Shown here: positions 18,699 to 28,691 of the stretch, one piece after another
Layout of the letters: every line of letters starts with the position of its first letter
Numbering within the stretch: position 1 is the first letter of the stretch
NCBI GenBank assembly: GCA_963788655.1
Contig: CAWBHS010000063.1
Location: 1-48,268, forward strand
DNA: 48,268 nt
Direction of reading: 5' to 3'
DNA from: an uncultured Verrucomicrobiae bacterium
GTDB lineage: Bacteria; Verrucomicrobiota; Verrucomicrobiia; Limisphaerales; JAFGQR01
Translations under genes and position numbers: made by a program
The notes under the pieces: model-generated
What the model was told of the DNA's origin: nothing
What the model saw: the letters and a program-made list of their open reading frames with translations, nothing else
Database searches by the model: none

Positions 18699-19694
18699 CT
18701 AGCCGTTGTTCAAGGGGCTTTCCTTTTGACTGCGATGTTCCATTCGCAAAAGGGCGGTCCGCGCCGCCGGGCGCAGTCGAATGGGGCCGTTCGTGGCCAG
18801 AGCCTTCAGAAATGGGACTTCTTCGGCCCCGCCCAGGCTTCCCAGGGCAGCCACCGCCGAAATCTGCAACGCTGTGGTCGAGGCGTACCGCGCGACGCCC
18901 AGCACAGCCGGCAAAGCCTCATGAACTCCGCCTTCGGCGCAGACCTGGATCGCGGTAATTCGACTGAGTTCCCCGGTATCTTCCTGTTCCACCAAGCGCA
19001 AAGCCATCCGCGCGATTCGCTGGCGGTCGAGAGTCGGATAGGATGCAGCCAGGCGCCGCAGCCCCAAGAGAGCCGTGCCGGCGATGCTGCTGTTGGTTTC
19101 GGACATCGTATCCCAAAAAACCTCGAAGAACCGTGTGGCAGACATCGGCTCCGAAGCCGACGACCCACTTGGCCGCAGTCGTTCGAGCCAGACCACCAAG
19201 TGCTGCAAGGCGTAATCACGCATCACAGTTTCCTGCTCTGAATCCCGGCAGATTTCCGTGAGCACGTTCCCCAAATCCGTCGGGGGGACCGCTTGGCGAC
19301 AAAGAACATCCAGGATGTCGTTCTTCAGCACGTGATCATCACTGGCAAACGAACGGTTTGGCGCCGGTTTGGTGCGCACCAATTTGTACAAGGCCTGGCA
19401 TTCCTGGTGATTCAGGTTTTTGTCCAATTGGTGTACCGCAGCCAATCGTGCCCAAAAATTGGTGTGACCATCTAGGCCGAAAACAGGACGCAGGGAGATC
19501 GGGAGGTTGAGAGTCACGGATTTTGGGTTGAGGGAAGAAGCCGGGAGCTTTGGCGGCGCGACAACCTGCTGGCGCGGAGGGGGCGTGGGCGACGGTGGGT
19601 CCGGTCGGCTCAACGGACGGTACTTAACCAGCCAAGCCAAGCTGGCAGCCGTCGCCACCAATGCTGCAATCACAATGAACTTCCTGACTTTCAT
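18699..19694 (-). CDS. Membrane-anchored or secreted HEAT-like helical protein
   Basis: MKVRKFIVIAALVATAASLAWL, Pro-rich linker, KNDILDVL, MRDYALQHL, SAVAALGSLG; ATGA overlap with the upstream gene. Confidence 0.8.
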   Translation of the reverse strand: MKVRKFIVIAALVATAASLAWLVKYRPLSRPDPPSPTPPPRQQVVAPPKLPASSLNPKSVTLNLPISLRPVFGLDGHTNFWARLAAVHQLDKNLNHQECQALYKLVRTKPAPNRSFASDDHVLKNDILDVLCRQAVPPTDLGNVLTEICRDSEQETVMRDYALQHLVVWLERLRPSGSSASEPMSATRFFEVFWDTMSETNSSIAGTALLGLRRLAASYPTLDRQRIARMALRLVEQEDTGELSRITAIQVCAEGGVHEALPAVLGVARYASTTALQISAVAALGSLGGAEEVPFLKALATNGPIRLRPAARTALLRMEHRSQKESPLNNG

Positions 19695-22600
19695 GGCACC
19701 AGTCCCAATTGGATTTCGCCCTGGAACGCTGTGGTGGTATGGCACACCGAGGTCTGGGCGGTGCGGGGCCGCAGAAACCGCACTTCCGCCTGACCCAACT
19801 CGTTAAAATTTCCTGCGTGCAGGATCTTGGTGATTGTTCCGTCGTCAAAAATGATGCCCCCCACGATGATCTGCACCCTTACCGACACCGGCGGACGTAC
19901 GGGACTGAGCACCAGCCCCATTGCTACGAGTTGACTGCCGTCCTCGTAATTCTCGAGCACGCGCAAATAAACATCCGTACCCGCGTAAAGACGAAAGCCA
20001 TCCACCGCCGTGGTTCCCAGCACCGGACCATGGTCGCCCAGGCGCGCATCCACAAACCGGGTTTCGGGTGCGTCGGTGTTGAGATTGAAACGAGGGGTAT
20101 CGTTGGTCGATGTCTCATCCCCGAACGAAAGTGGTTCCAGTAACAAACGCGGATCAGCCTCAAGCGAAACTTCCGGGAGAAGGTTCCGGCACATCCAAGT
20201 ACGGGTTTGGCCCGCCCAGACAGCGGGCGCCTCGTCAAACGAGCAACTCACGACTTGAACGGTAAGGCGGCCGGTTTGGTGGGCGCCCTGGACCGGCGCA
20301 CACGTGCCGGTGACCACGTAACGACCCGGTTGGTCGAAACGGCATGGCAGCAAGGTGCCGGCCGGACCGGTGTAGTTGGTCAAGCCGGGAATGTCGAGAG
20401 ACATCGCGGCAGATAGGCTGTCTGAATCGGCCACCGGAAATTCCCGCCCGACCGTGAACAGCACGGCGTCTCCCTGCCGGATAGTCAGGTCGCGGGCCTT
20501 CAAGACATCGGTGGGGCGCCAAGCGATTTGGGTGGCTTGCGTCAGGCCCCCGTTTTGGAACGAGATTCCAACGGTGGTTGTAAGGGCGGGCAAGAGGGTT
20601 ACGTTGGCAAACCAATGATGGCCGGCGGCCGGCTGCGGCGCCTCGCCGCCGGTGATGCGTATCATGCTCAGATAGCTGCCGCGGCCATCCAGACAGCAGG
20701 GAGAGGTGGGCGAGAGCATTATGTTGGTGCCATTGGAACTCAGCGGCTCCCCGGTCTTGGTTTCGATACCACAGAGGGTCTGGAGACGATGCTCAGCCCA
20801 GTCGTTCACGCCGTTGCCGTTGGCATCCATCCCCTGGAGGGATTGGAAACGGACAGCGACTAACCGTAGCGAGCGGTAGGGAGCGACATTATCCCAATAA
20901 ATCCGGATGCGGTGGTCCCCGCCATTGAGCCAGGGCATCAGGACCTGAACCAAACCTGTAGCCTCACTGCCAGCCCGCAGGTATTTGCGCCCCAAAAATT
21001 CACCATCCACGGAAAGGAGCAACTCAAATTCGGGATTGATGTCATTGGGATTCTGCGAAGCGCCCTCAACTTCGAGCCGATACATATCGGCTTGCGGTGC
21101 GGTAAGGATATATTCCACGAAACCGCGAGCATCCTTGGCAAATAGAGCCGTGCCTTCAACGGCCCATTGGCCAAGCGTAGCCACTGCGGCAGCCCCTGGC
21201 ACTTCCGCTACGGTAGTGATCTCCTGGATATCGCTTTCCAGCGGGTTGGTGCCCGTTTCCCTCAACTCCACGGCATCGGGCAGTCCATCGCCATCGCTGT
21301 CTTCGCGTTGCGGATTCGTTTTCGCTTGGAATTCCTCCAAGTTGGAGAGGCCGTCCCGATCCGCGTCCTTTTGCGCGTCGCCAGACTGGGTGGCAAGGAG
21401 ACCATTGTGAATTTCCCATGAGTCGGGCAATCCATCGTCATCCGTGTCGGCTTGCCGCGGATCCGTGCCAGCCAAATATTCCTGGAGATTGGTCAGCCCA
21501 TCGCCATCCAAATCGGTGGAGGCGTCGCTGGCATCGGTGTCATCCAGTCCATACAATCGTTCCCAGCGGTCGGGCAACCCGTCGCGGTCCTTGTCCTCAA
21601 TCTGGGCGTAGAACGCGTTCGTCGGGGAATAAAGCTGGCTTTGGGGCACCGTTTGTCTGGGGGTCGAAGGGCTGCTCCATTGGAATTGAGCTACCGCTTC
21701 CCCCAGGTTCTCGTAGTACTCCAGCCGGACGAGATACTTGTGCCCAACCAGTAGCGGCACTTTTGCTGTCATGCGGGTGGCCGCGCGGTCACTCCAGCCG
21801 TCGATGACTTTGCGCCCATCCAGCCATAAGCGACATCCATCGTCGCTAATGACATGAAACGCGTATGGTTCGCTGAATTGCGCCTCAACCATCCCTTCCC
21901 ACCGTACGCTGAATCGGTCCGCACTGATGCCGGTAGTTGGCGTGCTGCGTCCCCAATTAAAACCGACGGTGGGATCAATCCGGGAAACAATCGTTTGAGA
22001 ACCTTCATTAAAATAGGTTCCGAGAAGGCCGTCACCAGTCCCGGTCAACGCCGCCAGTCGCGGCGAGACGACAGAACTTTCAGTATAACCAACTTTCACA
22101 TTCTCGAATAATGCGGTGCAGCTCTTTTGGTTGTTATGACTCGTGACCGCCAACCCAACCTGGATACTGGTGGGCATGGGCACCGCTTCGGTCGCCACCC
22201 ATTCCCACTGCGCTCCATCACTCGAACGGTAACCAGTGAAGGTGTTTCCATATCTCACCAGTTTGAGCCAGCAGGGCGCGGTGGCTGACCCTCCAGGATC
22301 GTCGATGCTAATGCCGGCAAGATTGCTCCGGAACTGGAAGGAAACCCCTTTTTCGGGCGTGAGGCTTATCATTACCTGGCGCGAGTCATCGGCCAAAGTC
22401 TCGCGCATCATAATGCATGCTTTGGCCCACGGATCCGTGTTTTGTACCGCCACGACACGGGCAACGATTTGGGCCTCGCCGTTAATCGACTGATAGACAT
22501 AATGGCACGCATCTGCATTTCCCCAAATGTCCCAGCCCGAACCAGTAACCATGTAGGTTCCACTACCAAAGGAACTTGCCCCGAACTGACCTGGATTTCC

Positions 22601-24001
22601 GATATCCCGCGCCAGCCAAGGGAAAGGCACATTCAAGGAGTAGTTGTCCGGCACCCTCGGATTCTTGCCAGCCCTGTATTCTTCGAGGTTGGAAAGGCCG
22701 TCACTGTCCGGATCGTCAAAGGCATCCGCCGCATCTTGGGGATCAAGCCGGTAGTCCTCTTCCCAAGAATCAGGCAAGCCATCGTGGTCCGTATCGGTAA
22801 CGTGGGAATAAAGCTGGCTTGTGGGAATGATCTGCTTTGGCGTGGAAGGACTGCTCCACAATAGCTTGCACACCGCGGCTTGCCCGTGCTGGAAATACTC
22901 CAATCGAATCAAGTATTTCGCGCCGGCTGTCAAAGTGATGAGGCCGCTTGACTCCGTAGCGGCGTGGGCGGCGGAGTCATCTACCAACAGTTGCCCATTC
23001 ACCCAAAGTCGGGCCCGGTCATCGCTGACCACGTGGAACCCATACGGCTCACTGAATTGCGCCTGCACTTCACCTTCCCAACGGACACTGAACCGTTCTT
23101 GCTCAATCCCCTTCGCCGGATTCGTCGTCCAATTGAAATCAATAATTGGCAAAATCTCTGAAACGGTGTTGCCACTTAAATCGATATCTTCAAAAAAGGT
23201 CGCTTTCAGCCCGTCACCAGTGCCGGGCGCTGACGCACCAGCGGGCTCAACCGGTGGAGCTTCGTCAGCCGGTGCATTGGCAAATTCCAGACTGTTCAAT
23301 ATGGCCAGACATCGCCGGAGGGCATCCCGGCTCGACAGCGCCAAGCCACCATAAAGGCCATCCGGCATTTCCACGCGCTGAGTCCCCGCCCACTGCCATT
23401 CGGTGCCATCCTCAGAGTAATAGCCACTGAATAGATTCCCTCGGCGCACCAGCTTGAGCCAGCAAGGCACGGTAACGGGTTGCGCGGGCAGCAATGCTAG
23501 AGAACGGCTTTGTCGCTCTGGGCTGTCGGTTCGTGAATTTGCGGTTCTTCTCAGGAAAGGTGTGTCGGCTGCGCTGTCCTCACCCTTCGCCAACCGATAT
23601 TGAAAAGACACCCCGTTACTCAGCGTTAGGAAGATCGACACCTGGGGCGAGTCCGCTGCCAAGGAGTGCCGCAGCATCAATCCGGTTTTTGCCCAAGGAT
23701 CGTTACTGTGAATTTCCAGCACGCGCACCACAAGCTCTCCGTCACCCTCAAAACTGGACCACGCAAATTGGCACGCATCCGCCTTACCCCATATATCCCC
23801 TGAACCGGCCATGAACACAGTTCCCTGCCAGTTCGAGAAGCTTCCGCCTTGTGGCACAGAACCCAAGTCCCCTGAAACAAGAAGTGATGAGATACTTTCG
23901 CTGGGATTCGCTGGGAGAGTAGAAGCAGCCAAAATGTTTCCGGTTTCTTGCCAGCACAAAAGAACCAAACAGACCCAACCGAAGTGCCTTACCTTTTTCA
24001 T
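19691..24001 (-). CDS. Large secreted protein: 2x ConA-like beta-sandwich, 2x PA14, TSP3-like Ca-binding repeats, uncharacterised C-terminal ~500 aa
   Basis: Signal peptide from MKKVRHF; G.DIWG.AD and DPWAK twice; FSVRWEG...SDD..RLW PA14 twice; repeated D.D.DGL.D/N..E motifs. Confidence 0.88.
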   Translation of the reverse strand: MKKVRHFGWVCLVLLCWQETGNILAASTLPANPSESISSLLVSGDLGSVPQGGSFSNWQGTVFMAGSGDIWGKADACQFAWSSFEGDGELVVRVLEIHSNDPWAKTGLMLRHSLAADSPQVSIFLTLSNGVSFQYRLAKGEDSAADTPFLRRTANSRTDSPERQSRSLALLPAQPVTVPCWLKLVRRGNLFSGYYSEDGTEWQWAGTQRVEMPDGLYGGLALSSRDALRRCLAILNSLEFANAPADEAPPVEPAGASAPGTGDGLKATFFEDIDLSGNTVSEILPIIDFNWTTNPAKGIEQERFSVRWEGEVQAQFSEPYGFHVVSDDRARLWVNGQLLVDDSAAHAATESSGLITLTAGAKYLIRLEYFQHGQAAVCKLLWSSPSTPKQIIPTSQLYSHVTDTDHDGLPDSWEEDYRLDPQDAADAFDDPDSDGLSNLEEYRAGKNPRVPDNYSLNVPFPWLARDIGNPGQFGASSFGSGTYMVTGSGWDIWGNADACHYVYQSINGEAQIVARVVAVQNTDPWAKACIMMRETLADDSRQVMISLTPEKGVSFQFRSNLAGISIDDPGGSATAPCWLKLVRYGNTFTGYRSSDGAQWEWVATEAVPMPTSIQVGLAVTSHNNQKSCTALFENVKVGYTESSVVSPRLAALTGTGDGLLGTYFNEGSQTIVSRIDPTVGFNWGRSTPTTGISADRFSVRWEGMVEAQFSEPYAFHVISDDGCRLWLDGRKVIDGWSDRAATRMTAKVPLLVGHKYLVRLEYYENLGEAVAQFQWSSPSTPRQTVPQSQLYSPTNAFYAQIEDKDRDGLPDRWERLYGLDDTDASDASTDLDGDGLTNLQEYLAGTDPRQADTDDDGLPDSWEIHNGLLATQSGDAQKDADRDGLSNLEEFQAKTNPQREDSDGDGLPDAVELRETGTNPLESDIQEITTVAEVPGAAAVATLGQWAVEGTALFAKDARGFVEYILTAPQADMYRLEVEGASQNPNDINPEFELLLSVDGEFLGRKYLRAGSEATGLVQVLMPWLNGGDHRIRIYWDNVAPYRSLRLVAVRFQSLQGMDANGNGVNDWAEHRLQTLCGIETKTGEPLSSNGTNIMLSPTSPCCLDGRGSYLSMIRITGGEAPQPAAGHHWFANVTLLPALTTTVGISFQNGGLTQATQIAWRPTDVLKARDLTIRQGDAVLFTVGREFPVADSDSLSAAMSLDIPGLTNYTGPAGTLLPCRFDQPGRYVVTGTCAPVQGAHQTGRLTVQVVSCSFDEAPAVWAGQTRTWMCRNLLPEVSLEADPRLLLEPLSFGDETSTNDTPRFNLNTDAPETRFVDARLGDHGPVLGTTAVDGFRLYAGTDVYLRVLENYEDGSQLVAMGLVLSPVRPPVSVRVQIIVGGIIFDDGTITKILHAGNFNELGQAEVRFLRPRTAQTSVCHTTTAFQGEIQLGLVP

Positions 24002-24017
24002 AACACTTGTCCATTCT

Positions 24018-24638
24018 TCATCGTTCGGCGCCGTCCCCGGCTTCACGGAGTATTCGGCGAAGCTTCATGAGGATGCGGTCTTTGGCCCGCTTGACCCTTT
24101 GCCGCTGCTCCAGCGGCGCCAAATGAGCCAAGCCCATAATCTCCGAAAACTCCACTGTTCGCCGTTCACCCGAGAGCCACCTCTTGAAGATTTCTCTGTC
24201 CACGGGATCTTCAATAAGTTTGATCGCCCGCTCGAACTGCTGCTGAGGAATCGAATTCCCATCCATTGATATATTCCCCGCCGATGGACTGAGTTCGACA
24301 GAGTTTTTGAGGAAATCTTCGGCCGCCTGTCGTTCACGGTCTTTCCGACGTTGCTCGGCGCGGTGCAGATTGCAGAGGTTCTTCCACGCATTGTGCGACA
24401 GGAACCGATCAAGCGGCACATGCAGGGAAACCTGAAAACGTCCTGGCTTCGCCAAATAATCCAGGAGCGCATCCACAGATGCATCGAAAATTAAATCCTT
24501 GTCAACAAAAGGGAGTCGTTTCCTTGTCGCTTCAAGCAGTCTTGGCAGTAGTTGTTGTGCAAGCACTTGGCCGGCTGCCTCCCTTCCAGAAATCAACTGA
24601 TGGTGCAACGCCAGAAGCTGATCCTGGGCGGATTGCAT
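24018..24638 (-). CDS. ECF-type sigma-70 factor
   Basis: Region-2-like DASVDALLDYL...LDRFLSHNAWKNLCNLHRAEQRR and region-4-like DREIFKRWLSGE..TVEFSEIMG...VKRAKDRILMKLRR. Confidence 0.75.
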   Translation of the reverse strand: MQSAQDQLLALHHQLISGREAAGQVLAQQLLPRLLEATRKRLPFVDKDLIFDASVDALLDYLAKPGRFQVSLHVPLDRFLSHNAWKNLCNLHRAEQRRKDRERQAAEDFLKNSVELSPSAGNISMDGNSIPQQQFERAIKLIEDPVDREIFKRWLSGERRTVEFSEIMGLAHLAPLEQRQRVKRAKDRILMKLRRILREAGDGAER

Positions 24639-24905
24639 TGCTGCATGCGGCTGATTGGCAGAGCAGGAAATTGACGCCGGCATCGACAACCCAAAGCTCC
24701 GCGTACGCTTGACGTCGTCGTCGTCTGCCGAGGTATGCGCGACGACCGCGTTCACCTGTGCGCGGCAGTCTTCCGGCCTTGACTGTTCCTTGCCCATACG
24801 AGATCTCCAAGCAACTTGGTTAAACTTACAGCGAAGTGGAGTCAAGCTATTATCTGGCTCGTCGGACTTGCGCACGTGCTGGCGCTGAGGCACTGAGGAA
24901 TCGGA

Positions 24906-25137
24906 AGCATGGGCTACAGAATGACCTCAGACTGGTAGCGCAGAGTTGCAACCTGCTGAGCGCCACTCCAATCCCCCTCGGCTTCGGAGTTGCGGACGCC
25001 TTGCCAAATGCAATTCGGCGATTGGCTTGTTCGCTCCAACTCACTCGGCCCTGCGGGCCTTGGCCAGGCTGCGCCAGGCCGATCCCTTTCGCCGTCTCCC
25101 AGGCGGCTCAAGTCAGAAGACTGAAAATCTGCGCTAC
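24906..25137. repeat. Right copy of the ~54 bp direct repeat plus complete REPIN (gtagcgcaga...tctgcgctac)
   Basis: 24906-24958 matches 9259-9312; inverted arm cagaagactgaaaatctgcgctac at 25114-25137. Confidence 0.75.
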
Positions 25138-25174
25138 GGCAAGAGGTAGCCCATCCTGCGGTTTGATTAGCACT

Positions 25175-27053
25175 TCAGTTCTTGGTGATGGTTTGGACCA
25201 GCCGCCCGACATAACCGTTGGCGCGACCAGGGGCTTGGGGGTCTTTAATCGGCATGGACTTGATAAAGGGCTTCAAACTGTCGGCCTTGTCGCCCAGCGC
25301 GTCGATGGCGTTCAAGGCCTGGATCGAAATGTAAGCGCCGTTCTTGTCGGGCGGCGCCAATTCCTTGAGCGTGGCCAGCGCCTTCTCGAGATCGCGCCGG
25401 CTGCCGTACTCGCCCAACGCCCGCGCCGCCGTCACGCGCACCGTCGGGGAGTCGTCCAGCAGCGCTTGATACAGGGCGGCCCGCGACGAACCGACCGCCG
25501 GCTCGCCGCGCACCAACATGCCCATCGCCGCCCAGTAGCGCACCGCGCTGTCCTCGGCGCGCAATCCGGCCTTGAGCTTCGACAAATCGCCCGGCACCGG
25601 CATCGTGGCGGTGTCGGCCATCATCATGATCCGCACCAGCGGGTACTTCTCGGGATCGTGGCCCATTTCGTAAATGGTCGTGCCGGCGGCGCGACGGTGC
25701 ATTTCCGCTTCGGATAGAAAACCGACGTCGCGAATTTTCAACGCGTGCTCACGCTGGGCCAGACGCAGTTCCTGCAAAATCTCCTGGTGCGCCGGCGAGT
25801 TGACCAGGTTGACGACTTCGTCGCGATCGTTCTGCAAATCGTAAAGTTCTTCGGCCGGCTTGCGTTCCCAGAAATAGGTTTGGGGCGGCTTCAATTTGCC
25901 TTCGTCATAAAGTTGCTTCCACACGCGGGTGGTCGGCGTTTGGAACATGTAGTCGATATGCTGGCCGTAGATCAGGTGCGGCATGTAATTGCGGATGTAA
26001 ATGTACCGGTCGTTGCGCACCGAGCGGACCATGTCGTAGCGCTCGTCCATCCGGCCGCGAAAGCCGAACTGGTATTTCGGCGGCGGCGTTTGATACTTGC
26101 CCATGAAGGCATGCCCTTGCATCCAATCCGGCGGTTGTTCCCCGGCGAGACTCAAGAGCGTTGGCGCCAGATCGATGAATCCCACCAAGCGGTCGGACCA
26201 CCCGCCCACGGAGTATTCGGGGGGCGCCAGGTCCTTGAACTTTTCCGGCACATACACAATGAGCGCCACGTGCAGACCAGAGTTGTACGGCCAGCGTTTG
26301 CTGCGCGGCATGCCGGAACCGTGATCGCCGTAGAAGAAAACAATGGTGTCCTCCATGAGTCCCGCCGCTTCGAGCTCTTGCAGACGCTTGCCCGCCTGCG
26401 TGTCCATTTCGGTGACGATGTCATAGAATTGCGCCCAGTCATGACGCACCTCCGGCGTGTCCGGGTGATACGCCCGCACGCGCGCCTTGGCCGGATCGTG
26501 GACGAGCGTGTGGGGGCGTTTTCGGATTTGGCTCTCGTGACTGATGGTGAGGTTGAAGATCGAGAAGAACGGCTGGCCGGGCTTGCGGTTTTTCCAGTGC
26601 GCCTTTTTGGACGAATCGTCCCAGACCTTGCCCGGCTTGGTGACGTTGTAATCTTCCTTGTTGTTGTTGCTGCAATAATAACCGCGCTCGCGCAGGAACT
26701 GCGGATACAGCTTCATGAACGAAGGCAGTTTGACCTCGCTGCGCATGTGCTGACCGCCGAGAGCGGGGGGATACACGCCGGTGATGATCGTGGTTCGAGC
26801 CGGCGCGCAGACCGGCGCGGTGGACCAGCAGACGCGATAGCGCATGCCCTTTTTGGCGAAGCGCATCCAGGTTGGGCGTTACGGCGTAATCATCGCCGTA
26901 GCAGCCCAGTTCCGGGCCGGTGTCTTCGCAGGTAATCCACAAGATGTTGGGCAGGTCGGCACCGCGGGCGGATTGCGCCAGCCAACTGGCAGCGAGGCAT
27001 AGAGACAACAACACGAAGCAACAAGTCGAAGCCGGAAAACGTCGGTGGTTCAT
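25175..27053 (-). CDS. Sulfatase (Cys-type CxPxR) with C-terminal HEAT repeats (frameshift near 26862)
   Basis: Signal peptide, PNILWITCED, TPNLD, CAPARTTIITG, FFYGDHG, EELYDL..D..E..NL, VRYWAA. Confidence 0.92.
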
Positions 27054-27234
27054 GGGCGAGAAAACAACATTGGCGCGTCGAATTGTCAAACGTGATTTCG
27101 GGGCGCAAGTTGAGAACAACCCCTGCGCCGAACTGTTGGCAAAGCGAAAGTATCACTGTGGAGGACACAGCAGTTCCCCTCAAAAAGTCAGCGGCGCTCT
27201 CCCGGGACGCTGCCGCGAACCGACTGGGATTGGG

Positions 27235-28416
27235 TTACGCCGATGGCAGGGTGAAGGCAAACGTGGTTCCTTTGCCGGGTTCGCTTTCCACCGAAACTTC
27301 CCCGCCGTGCGCTTGCACAATGTGTTTGACAATGGACAGGCCCAGGCCGGTGCCGCCGCTTTCGCGGGAACGGGCCCGGTCCACCCGATAGAACCGTTCG
27401 AAGATGCGCTCGGTGGCTTCATCCGGAATGCCCGGCCCGTCGTCCTGCACCCAGACCCGCACTTTGCCGGCGACGGCGGATGTGCCACCGATACATACGC
27501 ACCCGTCGCTGCGACCGTACTTGATGGCGTTTTCAATCAGGTTGAACAGCACCTGTTCGAGCCGGTCCACGTCCGCACTGACCGATAGTCCGGCAGGTAC
27601 CTGGTTCGTCAAGGCCACCTGCTTATCGGTGGCACGGGCCTGCAAATCGTCAATAACCCGCTGCACTTCGTTCCCCATGTCCACCGGCTGGAGATTCATG
27701 ATGATTTGGCCACTCTCAAGCCGGGAGATGGTGAGCAGATCCTCGATGAGAAAGGTCAAGCGGTCGGTGTGTTTCTCAATGGTCTTCAAGAAGCGCGTGG
27801 TGGTTTCCGGGTCATTCTTGGCGCCCTCCAGCAGGGTTTCGACAAATCCCTTGATCAAGGAAAGCGGAGTGCGCAGCTCATGGCTGACGTTGGCCACGAA
27901 TTCCTTGCGGGTGTTTTCCAGTTGCTTGATCCGTGTCAGGTCGTGAAAAACCAAGATGGCCCCGCGCGACTGCCCCTGCGCGTCAAACAAAGCGGAGGCG
28001 TTGATTTGCACCCAACGCTCCTCCATGCCCGGCATTTCCATTTCGAAGCCGTTTACCATTTGTTCCCGGGGCAGCCGTTTGACCAATTCGGCCAGGGCCT
28101 GCAACCGAAAGGCCTCGAGAATGGTCTGGCCGCGGGTTTCCCCCGTCAATCCGAAGAGCCGTTGCAGTGACTGATTGACCAACTGGATGCGACCGGCGGG
28201 ATCCAACACCAACACGCCTTCGGCCATACTGTTGAACAGCGCCTGCATTTGGGCCTGCTGTTCGGCGTACATTTGGTCGTAATGAGACTTGAAATCCGAG
28301 CAGGCGTGGCGTTGCGCGGACAAGTCACCGCGCAGCCGCGCGTATCGCCGCCACCACCCGAAATGAATCGCTGCCGCACCCAACAGGACCATCAGGATTG
28401 CAAGATAGGTCAACAT
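27235..28416 (-). CDS. phoR: Phosphate regulon sensor histidine kinase
   Basis: TM helix, PAS, FVANVSHELRTPL, NLIENAIKY, DDGPGI, RIFERFYRVD, GTGLGL; in operon with phoU/phoB. Confidence 0.9.
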   Translation of the reverse strand: MLTYLAILMVLLGAAAIHFGWWRRYARLRGDLSAQRHACSDFKSHYDQMYAEQQAQMQALFNSMAEGVLVLDPAGRIQLVNQSLQRLFGLTGETRGQTILEAFRLQALAELVKRLPREQMVNGFEMEMPGMEERWVQINASALFDAQGQSRGAILVFHDLTRIKQLENTRKEFVANVSHELRTPLSLIKGFVETLLEGAKNDPETTTRFLKTIEKHTDRLTFLIEDLLTISRLESGQIIMNLQPVDMGNEVQRVIDDLQARATDKQVALTNQVPAGLSVSADVDRLEQVLFNLIENAIKYGRSDGCVCIGGTSAVAGKVRVWVQDDGPGIPDEATERIFERFYRVDRARSRESGGTGLGLSIVKHIVQAHGGEVSVESEPGKGTTFAFTLPSA

Positions 28417-28465
28417 AGCGGAAATAGGTTATGCTGAAATCGTCCCCAGCGCACGCCTGCCGAAA

Positions 28466-28612
28466 CAATGACCAATGACCAATGACCAAGCACCAGAGAA
28501 GGTCCAATACCCAAGGTCCAATTCCATCTCGAGCCGCCTGGCGCCGGTTAACTGGTCAATGAACATTGGGCATTCTCTGGTCAATGGATACTGGTCATTG
28601 GGCATTCATCAT
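28466..28612. repeat. Inverted pair of heptamer arrays (caatgac)n ... (tggtcat/tgggcat)n
   Basis: 7 bp periodic units on both arms with a matching ccagagaa/ttctctgg phase break; short REP-like hairpin ccgcctaaaggcgg nearby. Confidence 0.8.
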
Positions 28613-28691
28613 CGGCTCCCAATCCCTGGCCGCCTAAAGGCGGGACTCCGAACCCAGGGTATCCACGCTCAGAGTCGGCCATTCGCTTCGG

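Noticed and set aside
28466..28612. CRISPR array
   Set aside because: Units are 7 bp with no unique spacers; no cas genes and no regularly spaced 25-40 bp repeats anywhere in the window.
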